A stretch of DNA of 64,000 nucleotides from Trypanosoma brucei (taxonomy: Eukaryota), in NCBI GenBank assembly GCA_000002445.1, contig CM000208.1, forward strand, positions 512,001 through 576,000, in the 5' to 3' direction. Below are positions 39,388 to 49,416 of the stretch, piece by piece. The notes beneath the pieces were generated by a model, which had not been told where the DNA came from, made no database searches, and saw nothing but the letters and a program-made list of their open reading frames with translations. The stretch's first letter is position 1, and the number at the start of each line of letters is the position of its first letter. The position numbers were made by a program, and so were the translations under genes.

Positions 39388-41913
39388 ATGAAAACAAACA
39401 ACTTGGAGCGTCGCAGACAGATCCGGCAACAACTTCGTGCCTTCTACGGCGATAATTTAACGGCGAAGGATGAACCCGTAACCCGTGAGAGCGGCGAACC
39501 GGATCACAGCAGTGTCAGTATGAACACACGAGTAAATAGTATCCCGCCAGGGTTGGACATGGACTCCGATTCCTTCGACGTGGGGGAGTATACCACGGAG
39601 CTGTTCCGCGTTAAGTCTCTTAAAGGTGTTGTAGAGACGGATGCTTGGCTTGCGCGTACCGCCAGCCGTCTGGAGACGGAGCTGCGTGAACTCGTTTACC
39701 GCAACTATTCCAAGTTTATTTCGGCAACCGACACGATACGAGAGATAAGATCTGATGTCACGGAAATGGGTGGCAGGCTTCACGCCCTATCAGGAAATGT
39801 GGAAAATATTGACGATGTGTCGAAGGACGTGAGCGGGAAACTTCAGGAACACCGAAGTCGCATTGAGAAGGTGATCACAAAACACCGGATGCTCCGGAAG
39901 GCTCAGTTTTTGGTCGGACTTGCCGACACCATGCGGCTCCACATGGAGCGGAAAGAGCACAGTGAGTGCGTGCGCAAATGGGTAATGGGCGACAGCTTCA
40001 TTGCTAAGCACGCAAACATTCCAAAGATGGCAATTGTTCACAAGGAATGCAAAGAGCTTGCTATGCATCTGTATGGTGTTTTACGAGAGGAGGTGCTAAG
40101 TGTCTCCATGGAAAATCCTGACGCCTCAGAGGTAATCCGTCGGATCGTGGGAGAGCTACGTCTCTTGCGAGCTACCTCAATATTTGGTGAAGATAAGGAG
40201 ATAACGCCTCATGCAGGTACAGATGGCGCGTTGGCCCCGTTTGAGGAGGAAATATTGAGTGTCTTGAAAATAAATGTTAGGGAAGCTTTTGTCGTTGCTG
40301 TTCGGAGCTTTAATGCCACCATAGAAGCGGCGCTGCTAATTCCGGGTCTTTCTGAAATGCACCTTGAAGAGAGAGCAGGTGTCCTCATGCGCCCACGGTT
40401 GCAGGAGGCTTTGGCGCAGTTGAAAAGTTCACTTGCAATTTTTCACTCCGGCAGCGAGCAGCTGTGTAGTTTGTTCAATCAAAGGGATGAATCTGCTTTC
40501 TCCAAGTATATTATCGAAGAGGTGGAGCCGGTCCTGACGGATACTATTGTGGCAATTACAACACCCCTTGGTAACCTGCTTGTTGCCATTGTGGATGCTA
40601 TCGCAAAAGACGGCAGTAGCCTGTTAGGTTCACCTGCCACGGTGCAGACTGATCTCTCAACGGTTTTCACCACCCTCGCTAAACATCTCATGCACTACTC
40701 AACAACAATGAAGGGACTGGGCGTCACATACCTCAACAGTGCCATGAACCAACATAGTGAAAAGTATGCCGAGATGGTCGACAAGTCCGTGTTGGGCGTC
40801 TTACTCAAGTTTGTGAACTACTTGGAGACGCATGTTACGGAGACAAACGATGCACAAAAGACGAAATTGGGTGATGATAATGCAAGTGATCCACAAAAAC
40901 AACAGGAGGTATGCTTTAATATGTGCCTCTCGCGGTTTGTACTCGCCAACGCAGCTGTGGCGGCGGATCTGAAAAGCGTTTCAGCCATTATTGAAAGTGT
41001 TACCTCCAGGCGATCTGAGTTGATTGACCTTCAGAAGAAAAACGCTCGCCTCACCCGAGCTCTCTTGCGACGCGGCATTGTGCTCTCTGGTCAATTTTTC
41101 CTCAACTCTGCGCTGCCTGCCTTTTCCCCAGCAACCGCAGTTGATCCCTCAGCGAGCACAGCCTCCGAGCATGGAGGTATTGCCGTGTGCCTGCGCAACA
41201 CCGTTGTGAGGTTAGGCGAACTATACAACTTTTTGAAACAAGGTGTTGTGCCGAGCGTTGACGACGGCAACACCAAATGTGCCTCCCCACCTGCAGAGAA
41301 ACATCGCGGAAACGACAGCGCAAGTGGAAGCACGGCTGGAGGAAGCCAGTTATTATATAGCGCACCCGGTAGTGGACGCAATGCTGGAGCCACGAGGGCG
41401 ACACGGTTGGCGGTATGCTTTACGCGAAAAAAAGAAGATGCCCTACAAGCCAGTGTCGAGCGGATTTTCTCAAAGCAGTCACAGAACAATGCGGTACTTC
41501 AGACGATGCCACTTGAGTTCCGCGCGGCCTCCGTTGTAGCGGCAATTGCGGTTTATCTGGTGAAGGGTATTGTTGAATATGTGCGACGGGTGACCTTTAC
41601 GCGCTGTGGATTCCAGTGCGTGCAGACAAGCTGCACGTTTTTGCTCCATGCTTTCACCCCCACGGCACTGACATCGTCATCACCTGCTGGGACCAGTCAG
41701 AGTTTAAAAGTAACTGTCTCATTGGAGGAGTGGCTAAGTGATTGTGGCGATGAGCGGCTGTTGAAGGGGTTGCCATTTCTTCTTAATGAATGCTGTACCT
41801 GCGCATATGAGCGTTGTGGAGAGAAAGTACCTCTCACGGCGGTGGTGGTTGAACGGTTAGTGCGGTCTGTCTTGGAAGAGATGGAGGGCGTGTCGGTATC
41901 TGCCGAAGCCTAA
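39388..41913 (+). CDS. Vps51/Vps67-like (GARP/COG/exocyst-type) vesicle-tethering complex subunit, putative
   Basis: The track ORF starts at 39184; ATG at 39388 follows polyY...ctag. The N-terminal region FDVGEYTTELFRVKSLKGVVETDAWLARTASRLETELRELVYRNYSKFISATDTIREIRSDVTEMGG resembles the Vps51/Dor1/Sec5 family signature (..Y+NYskFI.AtdtI..m). Long helical body follows. Confidence 0.45.
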   Translation: MKTNNLERRRQIRQQLRAFYGDNLTAKDEPVTRESGEPDHSSVSMNTRVNSIPPGLDMDSDSFDVGEYTTELFRVKSLKGVVETDAWLARTASRLETELRELVYRNYSKFISATDTIREIRSDVTEMGGRLHALSGNVENIDDVSKDVSGKLQEHRSRIEKVITKHRMLRKAQFLVGLADTMRLHMERKEHSECVRKWVMGDSFIAKHANIPKMAIVHKECKELAMHLYGVLREEVLSVSMENPDASEVIRRIVGELRLLRATSIFGEDKEITPHAGTDGALAPFEEEILSVLKINVREAFVVAVRSFNATIEAALLIPGLSEMHLEERAGVLMRPRLQEALAQLKSSLAIFHSGSEQLCSLFNQRDESAFSKYIIEEVEPVLTDTIVAITTPLGNLLVAIVDAIAKDGSSLLGSPATVQTDLSTVFTTLAKHLMHYSTTMKGLGVTYLNSAMNQHSEKYAEMVDKSVLGVLLKFVNYLETHVTETNDAQKTKLGDDNASDPQKQQEVCFNMCLSRFVLANAAVAADLKSVSAIIESVTSRRSELIDLQKKNARLTRALLRRGIVLSGQFFLNSALPAFSPATAVDPSASTASEHGGIAVCLRNTVVRLGELYNFLKQGVVPSVDDGNTKCASPPAEKHRGNDSASGSTAGGSQLLYSAPGSGRNAGATRATRLAVCFTRKKEDALQASVERIFSKQSQNNAVLQTMPLEFRAASVVAAIAVYLVKGIVEYVRRVTFTRCGFQCVQTSCTFLLHAFTPTALTSSSPAGTSQSLKVTVSLEEWLSDCGDERLLKGLPFLLNECCTCAYERCGEKVPLTAVVVERLVRSVLEEMEGVSVSAEA

Positions 41914-42120
41914 CTTTCCTTTGTGACCGCTTCTTCATGCTATTTGATTTTCTGCTTTTACTCATTTACGTAGTGGTATTCTGTCATCTAATCTGCAGAG
42001 GGCAGAATATCATTCATTACTTCCGTTAGTCCCTTGTTGCTGTTGGTGAAGGTGATTTGGACTCATTGTCTCATGTTTTTGTTCCAGTGGAACGCTTCCC
42101 GCGGCGTCCGCCGTCTAACC

Positions 42121-42169
42121 TTTTTGTTTTTCCCTCTTGCTTGCAAAAAAATTTGGTTCAGCAAAGTGG
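42121..42169 (+). promoter_or_regulatory. Polypyrimidine tract + AG upstream of the M16-family gene
   Basis: tttttgtttttccctcttgcttgc...ttcagcaaag; the first ATG downstream is 42304. Confidence 0.4.
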
Positions 42170-42303
42170 GGGAAATTGCGAAGGGGAAAGTCTGATCAAA
42201 GCGTTTGCAGTTGGTTTTGCTTGCAGGTGAGGATCCAGTCAATCGTTTCGCAAGTTGAAGAAAGGAATTAACGGAAAAGAAAGTACATATATTATTGGAA
42301 AAA

Positions 42304-43743
42304 ATGTACCGTACAACCCCATTCCGAGCCATTTCACAATATAACTTTGGGCAGCCACCTTTATAGCAGGGATTTCGTTTCCTTTCTGTGGAACGCTCTC
42401 CTGTTGTCGCCGGCCAACTACAGGAATCAAGATCGTCAAACGGCGTACGTATTGTTTCTCATGATTTTGACGGTGCCCACACAGCAGTTGCAGTATACGT
42501 CGATGCTGGTCCGAAATACGACCCACTTGCCTGCCCCGGACTCAGTTACGTGATGCAGTATGCGCTGCAAACATCAAACACGAATAGTTCCCTCTTCCAG
42601 TTGGACCGCACAATGCGTTCCACGGGTAATGCTTATGGACATGGTGAGGTTCGTAAGCGATTCCTCACCTGGAAGGCGGAGGGCCGACGTGACATGTGGG
42701 AACGGCCATTTGAGATGATCGCTACTGGGGTGGTGGCCCCACGTTTTCACGAAAGCGATGTGGAGAGGTTCCGTGATACCATGGACAATCAACTTGAGGA
42801 ACTCCGTTGGCAGAACCCACGAGAGTACTGCACCGACGCCGTTGAAACGGTTGCCTTCTTCAAGGAACCACTTGGTTCTCCGCGCATGGTATCGACAGCG
42901 GCCAACGGGCGCTGCGACGGGAAGGCGCTTTTGAATCACTAGGCAACCCATTTTCATCCCAGAAAAGTGACTATCGCCGCAGTAAACGTACAACACGACG
43001 CGCTACTAGCGGCGTATGAGGCGCTTCCGTTTCCCCACAGTGCCGAAGCTCCGCACCATGCGGCGAGCCCTGCATCAACCCTTTCCCATAAAGGCGAAGC
43101 CCAACAGTTCCACCCCGGTCGCCACGAAGTGATCTATGAGGACCGTGCCAAAGTTATGGGAACTCTACCGGATATGAACGAGGACGTGATCGCGGCTATA
43201 GCGGTACCAACTTATGGTTGCGACGAGGATGTAAAAAAGTATGTGTTAGCGCTGGTAACGTACGAAATTTATCAAGTCACTGTTGAACGGACAACGCCAG
43301 TCGGTGCAAATCCGGTGAAGGGCGTGAAGGCGTTCTACCGTCCGTATGCGTCTACCGGTCTTATTGGGTGTACGCTTCGTGGCTCACCTGATGAGATGGA
43401 CGGTCTCCTACACCTAGCGGTTGAGAGTCTTCCAATTAGTGTGTCAGAGGCTGACGTAAAATTAGGTCGCACCCGCGCAATAGCTTCCTTCAAGCGCGCC
43501 CACTTGGAGACGATGGGTGATTACTGTGACTTTATCGGTACGTCATACTTTGATCAAAAGGGACTCATTGAAGAAATTGGAAAAGTAACAGTGGCGGATT
43601 TAGAGGTGACGCTGAACGCAACTGCCTCGGTTGCGCCCGCTGTGTACGTGATCGGCTCAACCTTTACATTTCCGAAACTGCGCAGCCTCAAAAGGGTAAA
43701 GCAGTCTGACTATTATAACTTTATTGGACGATTTGGCGGGTGA
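42304..43743 (+). pseudogene. Non-catalytic M16 peptidase-family protein (mitochondrial processing peptidase alpha / cytochrome bc1 core-protein-like) interrupted by two in-frame TAG codons
   Basis: Single frame from ATG 42304 (MYRTTPFRAISQYNFGQPPL, presequence-like) through TAG at 42364-42366, then ...GVRIVSHDFDGAHTAVAVYVDAGPKYD...GLSYVMQYAL (degenerate HxxEH)...ALLNH, TAG at 42940-42942, then ATHFHPRKVTIAAVNVQHDALL..., to TGA at 43741-43743. The track splits this into 42388-42942 (GTG start) and 42967-43743, both in the same frame. Confidence 0.65.
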
Positions 43744-44367
43744 CATTAAAGTGTCACAAAGGAAGAATCTCAAGGGCTTCAGCTTACTTGTTTATTTTTT
43801 CTCACATTGAAAGCGACCAGTGGTCCACGCTTGATGAATTATTGTTTTCTTGGGCGCGTTCGATTTAACCGTCCACCCTTATTTGTTCACTCAATTTTCA
43901 TGCGACTTGGATCGCCGTAGTTGTTGACTCCTTCCTCTGGCCGTCGGTTCGTTAGTACGCACAATGTCCAAGTGACTGTTTGTCTAACTAAGTTCAAATC
44001 TCTCAGTTATGGATACAAGCAAACACTTTGGTGAATCCTGTTGTATATATTTTTTGGCTCGGTATAATCACTAGTTTATTTACATCTTTCGCATCGGCAA
44101 ACTTACCGTCTCCCCCCATCTGTATATAAAGATAAACATGTGTCGACATATTTCGACATATATATTATATATTTTTCCCAAGTGTGTATTCCACGAATAT
44201 GCGGCTTTTCTTCCCTCGTCGTCCCTTATTTTGTTGTTTGTTCCCTCCCTACTAACTACCTGTGCGTTGGTTTGATTCTTTTTCATCATTGCAGGGGCGG
44301 AGGTACTCTTCGCCCTAGGAGCCCTGGTGCTGACAGCGGAAAAAGTGAAAACTCTGTTGGCTCTTTC

Positions 44368-45012
44368 ATGGTTGGAACAGTATTACGCGTATATACACAC
44401 CGCACTCGGTGCATCGGGGAACTGTGCAGTGTCGCACCATTGTGCGTTATTTTGGAACAGAGAAGACCGGGCCCTTCCTTCGGTATTAGGAGCCAAAGTA
44501 GAGAAGACAATAGTGTACATTTTCTACCTTGCGAAGGGGCAGTGGACCTATCGTTGCGGGCGCTCTCTACGATTGAAGGTCTGCGAAATTATCGTGAGCA
44601 TCGCCTTCGCCCACAGCTGCTGGTGAAGAGGGCTGAGCTGCGTCAAGCAGATGACGTTAAGACACGGTGCGACGCCTTGGGATTGCGTTATGCCGATCGC
44701 TGCATTGCCATAGCTGTCGCTCTAATATTAATTCGTAATGTTGTTCTCTTCTACTGGGTCTACTTTCTATTTGACTGGAACCTCGTGGAGCCCATCACAT
44801 ACCTGTTAGAGCGTGGTGCAGTGTGTCTGGGTTTCTTATGGTACGGTGCAACGAGCAGCGATGCTCGTTTTGAATCTTTCCGACAATTCCTCGTGTCCCG
44901 TCGGACGCAACGGCTTTATGCGCAGCACAACTTTAACGCTGGACACTGGAAGGAGTTGGTGGTGGAGGTGGAGGGGCTTGAAGAGCAGCTGCGCGGGCTG
45001 GAGACTGTTTGA
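44368..45012 (+). CDS. Hypothetical membrane protein (about 214 aa)
   Basis: PolyY tract 44200-44285 + AG at 44290-44291; first in-frame ATG of the track ORF at 44368; hydrophobic helices CIAIAVALILIRNVVLFYWVYFLF and GAVCLGFLWYG. No homology recognised. Confidence 0.3.
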   Translation: MVGTVLRVYTHRTRCIGELCSVAPLCVILEQRRPGPSFGIRSQSREDNSVHFLPCEGAVDLSLRALSTIEGLRNYREHRLRPQLLVKRAELRQADDVKTRCDALGLRYADRCIAIAVALILIRNVVLFYWVYFLFDWNLVEPITYLLERGAVCLGFLWYGATSSDARFESFRQFLVSRRTQRLYAQHNFNAGHWKELVVEVEGLEEQLRGLETV

Positions 45013-45854
45013 AGCCTCCATCACATTGAAGGTTCGGAGGTGGACTGTCCTATCTTCTTCTTGCATTCTGCCTGTTGCACAACTTTAAGTTACAAAGAAA
45101 AGCTCATCGTGTGCTTCTTCATGTATCAATCTTACTTGCCTGTTTGTTTTGGTGCTGAGTCAGGTGGGAAACCTCCGACCTCTTGCTCACTGTTAGATCG
45201 TTTCGGTATTTCCTCGTTTCTTGCCAATTTTTCTTCTCTTTAATTCTATTTCACCTTACTGCAACCGCGAAAACGTTGCGCTTCCACTTACCCCTCAATC
45301 ATCCTGAGAGAGTGACTGGGTGGGCGGTCGACGAGTGGTTCCTCTTTCCTCTACTGCTGTTTCAGGTTGTAATGGCCAGTGTGATGAAGATGTGTGACTA
45401 AACGGTCATGATTGAGTGCTGGAATGAAGAGGGAAAGCGAAGAGTCGTACGCTTTTTTTTTTATTGGGAAGGGGGAGCCGACGGGATATATTCACTGCCG
45501 CATCGTTGTTCGTAACCTTTCCCTTCGTTGCTGGCTTTACAGTTGCAGCCGTCCCCACCAACTCACCCTAATACGATTGTGCATAGTTTCCATTGCTCTC
45601 AATGTGCTTCATTGCATTTTTCTCACCTCTATCTGTCATTAAGGAAGAAACAAAAAGAAGAAGCGCAAGAGCAACTGCACGGTTAGGTAAGTTTTCCAAC
45701 CGGTCAACTCGTAGAGGGAAGTACCGTCAGGAACGCAAGGTAGTTCACTACCTGTCGATTGCAGCACCTCTCTACGTCAGAAGTTAGTATATTTGAGCTC
45801 TGTGAGTATATATTAAATTTTTGTTGGAGCAAAGTTCTTTTGTGTAGCGTAGAA

Positions 45855-46370
45855 ATGGATGCGGAAGAGTACCTGCATATGAAGGAGCGGGAGATGATGG
45901 AAGAATATGGCGCAGTGATTTTGTCGCAACGCAACGAGATTGAACAGCTTCAGCGGCGGTGCAGCGAACTGCTGCATGAACGGAGTTTCATGAGGGCATC
46001 TGTGGCGGAGGATGTGCGTCAATTCTGTGTGGGGCACTTACAGAGGCAGCAGGCACAGCAGCAACGAGCATCGGGCCGGTTAGCAACTTCCAGTGCCTGC
46101 GTACAATCCATTCCTGTACTGCACTTACTGCAGTTTCTCCACCAGTACACATCAGGGGTTGTTCCGGTAATGGAGACGGAGAAACGCAAGCGCCCACGTG
46201 AAACCGGAACCGGTGGGATATGCCCCAATACACCACATCAGCAGAGACTCGTGCAGCGGATGATAACTCGGCGGCGCTTGTGCATACGGGAAGGTGATAG
46301 TGAGGAGTCTCTCCAGGGTATTGAAGTGCAATCGGCCGAACAACCCATCTGTGCGGATCAAGTTCATTGA
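45855..46370 (+). CDS. Hypothetical coiled-coil protein (171 aa)
   Basis: ATG at 45855 (MDAEEYLHMKEREMMEEYGAVILSQRNEIEQLQRRCSELL...); heptad-like charged sequence. The track ORF starts earlier at a non-ATG codon. Confidence 0.4.
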   Translation: MDAEEYLHMKEREMMEEYGAVILSQRNEIEQLQRRCSELLHERSFMRASVAEDVRQFCVGHLQRQQAQQQRASGRLATSSACVQSIPVLHLLQFLHQYTSGVVPVMETEKRKRPRETGTGGICPNTPHQQRLVQRMITRRRLCIREGDSEESLQGIEVQSAEQPICADQVH

Positions 46371-47407
46371 CTCTCTCGTTCAAGTAGAAGCTGAGAAGTA
46401 TTTGAAGGGAAGGGAATAGACGCGCATATTAAAGCTGCGCTCTCTTTCATTTCCATTTTTCCTTTGGTGATTGCCACCTGCAGGTTGCTAAGCAACAACC
46501 GAGAAATGAGAGGGAAAGGGATGGGAAAGGAACGAAAGGAAAGGAAAAGAAAAGGAGGTGGGAAAAAGGCAGAGTTGAAGTCAAGTGAAGAGAACAGAAC
46601 GTGAAGTGAAGGAGGATTGAGAGTGTAAAGGATGCTTCATCCCTCTGTTTGGTCAGATGCCGCTGTGAAGGTATTGGTGATTAGAGAGGGATGAGTAAAT
46701 GTACGCAGAGGAAGAAGGGTTTACCAGTGAGGGGAGCATTATCAAATAGTATGTATGTATACACGTATGCATATGTATTATACACGCAAGAGGAAAGGTG
46801 AGGGTTTAAGTTGTGTGGAAACAGAGGAAAGAAAAACAGTAGAAGCGTACTAAGGGGGAAAAAGTGCAAGAGCAATCTGATCGCATTCTTTTCTGTGTGT
46901 ATGTGTGCCTACATTTCAGAGTTACCTCCAACTTCTACGTTTGTATTCTCGATTCAGTTGGGTTTGCATACAGGACTCTGCTTTGGAGGCAGCGATCACC
47001 GATCATAATGTCCATTACTTTGTTTGTTGACTTTATTTATTTTATTTTTCGTTTCCTCTCAACACACCACTGTAACCTTTCTTTCACGTGGGGTCGGCGC
47101 GACGATCTCCGCTTTGACACGGCTCCCGTTCTCTCTTCACAGGCGCGCGGAAGGATAGAGGCCGAGTTTAAACAAAAACCTCTTTTATTAATATCATGAT
47201 GAAAAGGGGGGGGCGACGCGAGATGCGCCCCAACAAGTACATAGGTATATTACTAGTTTTACAACTCAACTATTCTCTTTGCCGTATTTCGACTGATTTT
47301 TTTATTCATAACACTGCCTGACTAATCTACCCACCACTGTCAACTTCTCCTTTCGCGCTGCATGATGGGCTAGTTATACATAATAGTGCCGAAAAGCGGT
47401 GGGCAAC

Positions 47408-48832
47408 ATGTCTTGCGGTGGCGCATGGGAGGCGCTCATTGACAGAGCTGCGATGGAGGTGTCAAAGTTCCTTTCCGCAACAAAAGATGCATTTCATCAG
47501 GACTCCCCTACCGCTGAGTGGATGCTCAATTTGCTAGACGACAATGCCCTGAGGGATGTTGTCATGGAGCGCAATTTTAACGCCCTTTGCGGAATGGTGG
47601 GCTGCGCAGCTATGCCACCAGCTGCGGTGGGAAGGGTTGAGGGGCAACTGCGGCAGGAGGCGATAGGGACGGGAAAAAATATATTGAATAGAAACGATGA
47701 AGAAGACACCGTCTCGGATGGTGAGGATGATGGTGGTGACGCTGCCGATGCGTTCCGTCGGTACGAAAAGTATCGCGAACAGATTTGCGCGGGCAGGGAA
47801 GCGGCAACGGCGTTGAGTGGCGTCGACATGACCAAGTGTTTCTGCTCTCCCGATTGCGCGGAGCAGTTTGCCGCGATGCTGGCTAAGGTGCCGAGGACAT
47901 TAGTGTACTCTCGGGAGGGTTTAGTTAATTCCGTCGGTGGATTGTTTCCAAACATGCAGTTTTCCGTGTTGCAGCAGTTAGCGGGAGCGGAGGCCACGGT
48001 GGTGCCTGATATACGAGAAAAGGAGGTTGTTGAGGGTCAAGAAAAGAAACTTGACCTGCCTATTCCCTCCATCGGGAATGAAGAAAATAAAGACCACAAA
48101 GTGAAGCTGAGGGAACTGCTGGAGAGCATTCAGGCGGTTCAGCCCGTATGGAGTCGGGGTGTGCAGGAGGTCCGGCCTTTTGACACACGAAAGGGAACTA
48201 TGCAGAAAATGCCTATTCCACTGATGGTTTACGACTGGCTGGGAACCGTATCGACGGATAAAACAAAGTCCATTTTTGCTAGCGTATGCTATAGCAACAC
48301 GAGGAAAAGCGATAGATTCCCATGCGTTGGCGGTGGACGTTCTACAAACTTGTTTGTCCGTTGTATGCAACCCGTCTTGGATGCATGCATTCGGAAAGGA
48401 AAGGAACTGTCTGAAGGGCGAGCTGCCGACGAGGGATGTGCCGAAAACCCTTGCGTGGACCCCGCACTTCAACACCAGCGGCTAACACTCTTTGTCCGGC
48501 ATGTGTTTTCCGGCGAAACATCAGCAACACTCTCACGGTTGTTGATGTACGATCAGGCCACGCTGGAACGTGCGTGGGGTGCTTGGAACTCCACAGGCCT
48601 CCTCGCAAGTCTTAGTTTTCCTTCGGCGGTACCCGGTGATTTCACCTGCGGTGGGGGGTCTCCAGCGAGGATTTATCTTGCCGTTGTTTTGACAGCAGCA
48701 GCGGCGTTATGTGCCCCTGCCATTTGGGTGGAGTGGCTTCAGGAAGACAACGGTCTTGCTGAAGTGTTGGAGGCTTTGGGATGCACAAGTGATGACTTCA
48801 TTGCATGCGTCCGCGCGTTGGTAGTCGAATGA
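47408..48832 (+). CDS. Rtr1/RPAP2-like zinc-finger protein (putative RNA polymerase II CTD phosphatase family), tentative
   Basis: The track starts at a GTG at 47399; ATG at 47408. Motifs ALCGMVGCAAM ... KCFCSPDCAEQFAAML resemble the Rtr1/RPAP2 Zn-binding signature (CGYPLC ... FCSxxC) near the N-terminus. Confidence 0.4.
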   Translation: MSCGGAWEALIDRAAMEVSKFLSATKDAFHQDSPTAEWMLNLLDDNALRDVVMERNFNALCGMVGCAAMPPAAVGRVEGQLRQEAIGTGKNILNRNDEEDTVSDGEDDGGDAADAFRRYEKYREQICAGREAATALSGVDMTKCFCSPDCAEQFAAMLAKVPRTLVYSREGLVNSVGGLFPNMQFSVLQQLAGAEATVVPDIREKEVVEGQEKKLDLPIPSIGNEENKDHKVKLRELLESIQAVQPVWSRGVQEVRPFDTRKGTMQKMPIPLMVYDWLGTVSTDKTKSIFASVCYSNTRKSDRFPCVGGGRSTNLFVRCMQPVLDACIRKGKELSEGRAADEGCAENPCVDPALQHQRLTLFVRHVFSGETSATLSRLLMYDQATLERAWGAWNSTGLLASLSFPSAVPGDFTCGGGSPARIYLAVVLTAAAALCAPAIWVEWLQEDNGLAEVLEALGCTSDDFIACVRALVVE

Positions 48833-49416
48833 TAACCGCCGACAGTTGTGACGACTAAGGGAAGAAAAAGGTTATGGGACTGATGGAGGTATGATGTTGT
48901 GTGCATAGTCAAAGGTGCTGTAACTCGTCTGTGCATTTGTTCGCCGAACAACAAAACCGTACGCTCTCCTCTATGGTATTCTGTTATTACTGAAACCCCA
49001 TGAAGTGACCACTTTGCAATATTAGGCATGGTTCCTCTTCGAATTTTTCCTCTTGCGCTTGGTAGTGTACGCGTGTTCATGCTTCGACTATTATCTACGG
49101 ATGCATCTTATTTTTTTGTTTCGCTCATTCTATTTTCCCCCTTTTTTTGTGTACGTTTTTTTCATGTATGTATATTCCGAGAGATATCGGGGAAGCGCCA
49201 CGTATATCAAAGAAGGGGCGACATCTGAAGGGATCAAACAGATTTGAAGCTACGGAAGGAATACGTTTTAACAAAAAAAAGAGTGATAAGACTGAAGGGG
49301 TGATTAACAACAACTGTATAAAAAAAAGGTACATAGTACATTGTCCGTGTTATACACGAGGACGAATAGATAAATAAATATATACTTGTTTGTTTGCACT
49401 CGAAAAGGTCCAACAT

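Noticed and set aside
42304-43743. Genome-wide stop-codon reassignment (Blastocrithidia-like) as the explanation for the two in-frame TAGs
   Set aside because: No other gene in the window contains in-frame TAG/TAA/TGA. TAG terminates CFAP20 right at the end of its repeat tail. Composition is GC-moderate rather than AT-rich. A gene-specific event (pseudogene, error or readthrough) is more plausible.
44286-44560. Possible small structured RNA gene (snRNA/7SL-like) suggested by the GC-rich, palindrome-containing segment ggagccctggtgctgacagcgg...
   Set aside because: I could not recognise any conserved snRNA/SRP/snoRNA sequence motif. The region lies directly after a strong polyY-AG acceptor and opens a plausible membrane-protein frame from ATG 44368, so a protein-coding 5' region is the simpler reading. 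Kept only as a low-confidence CDS.
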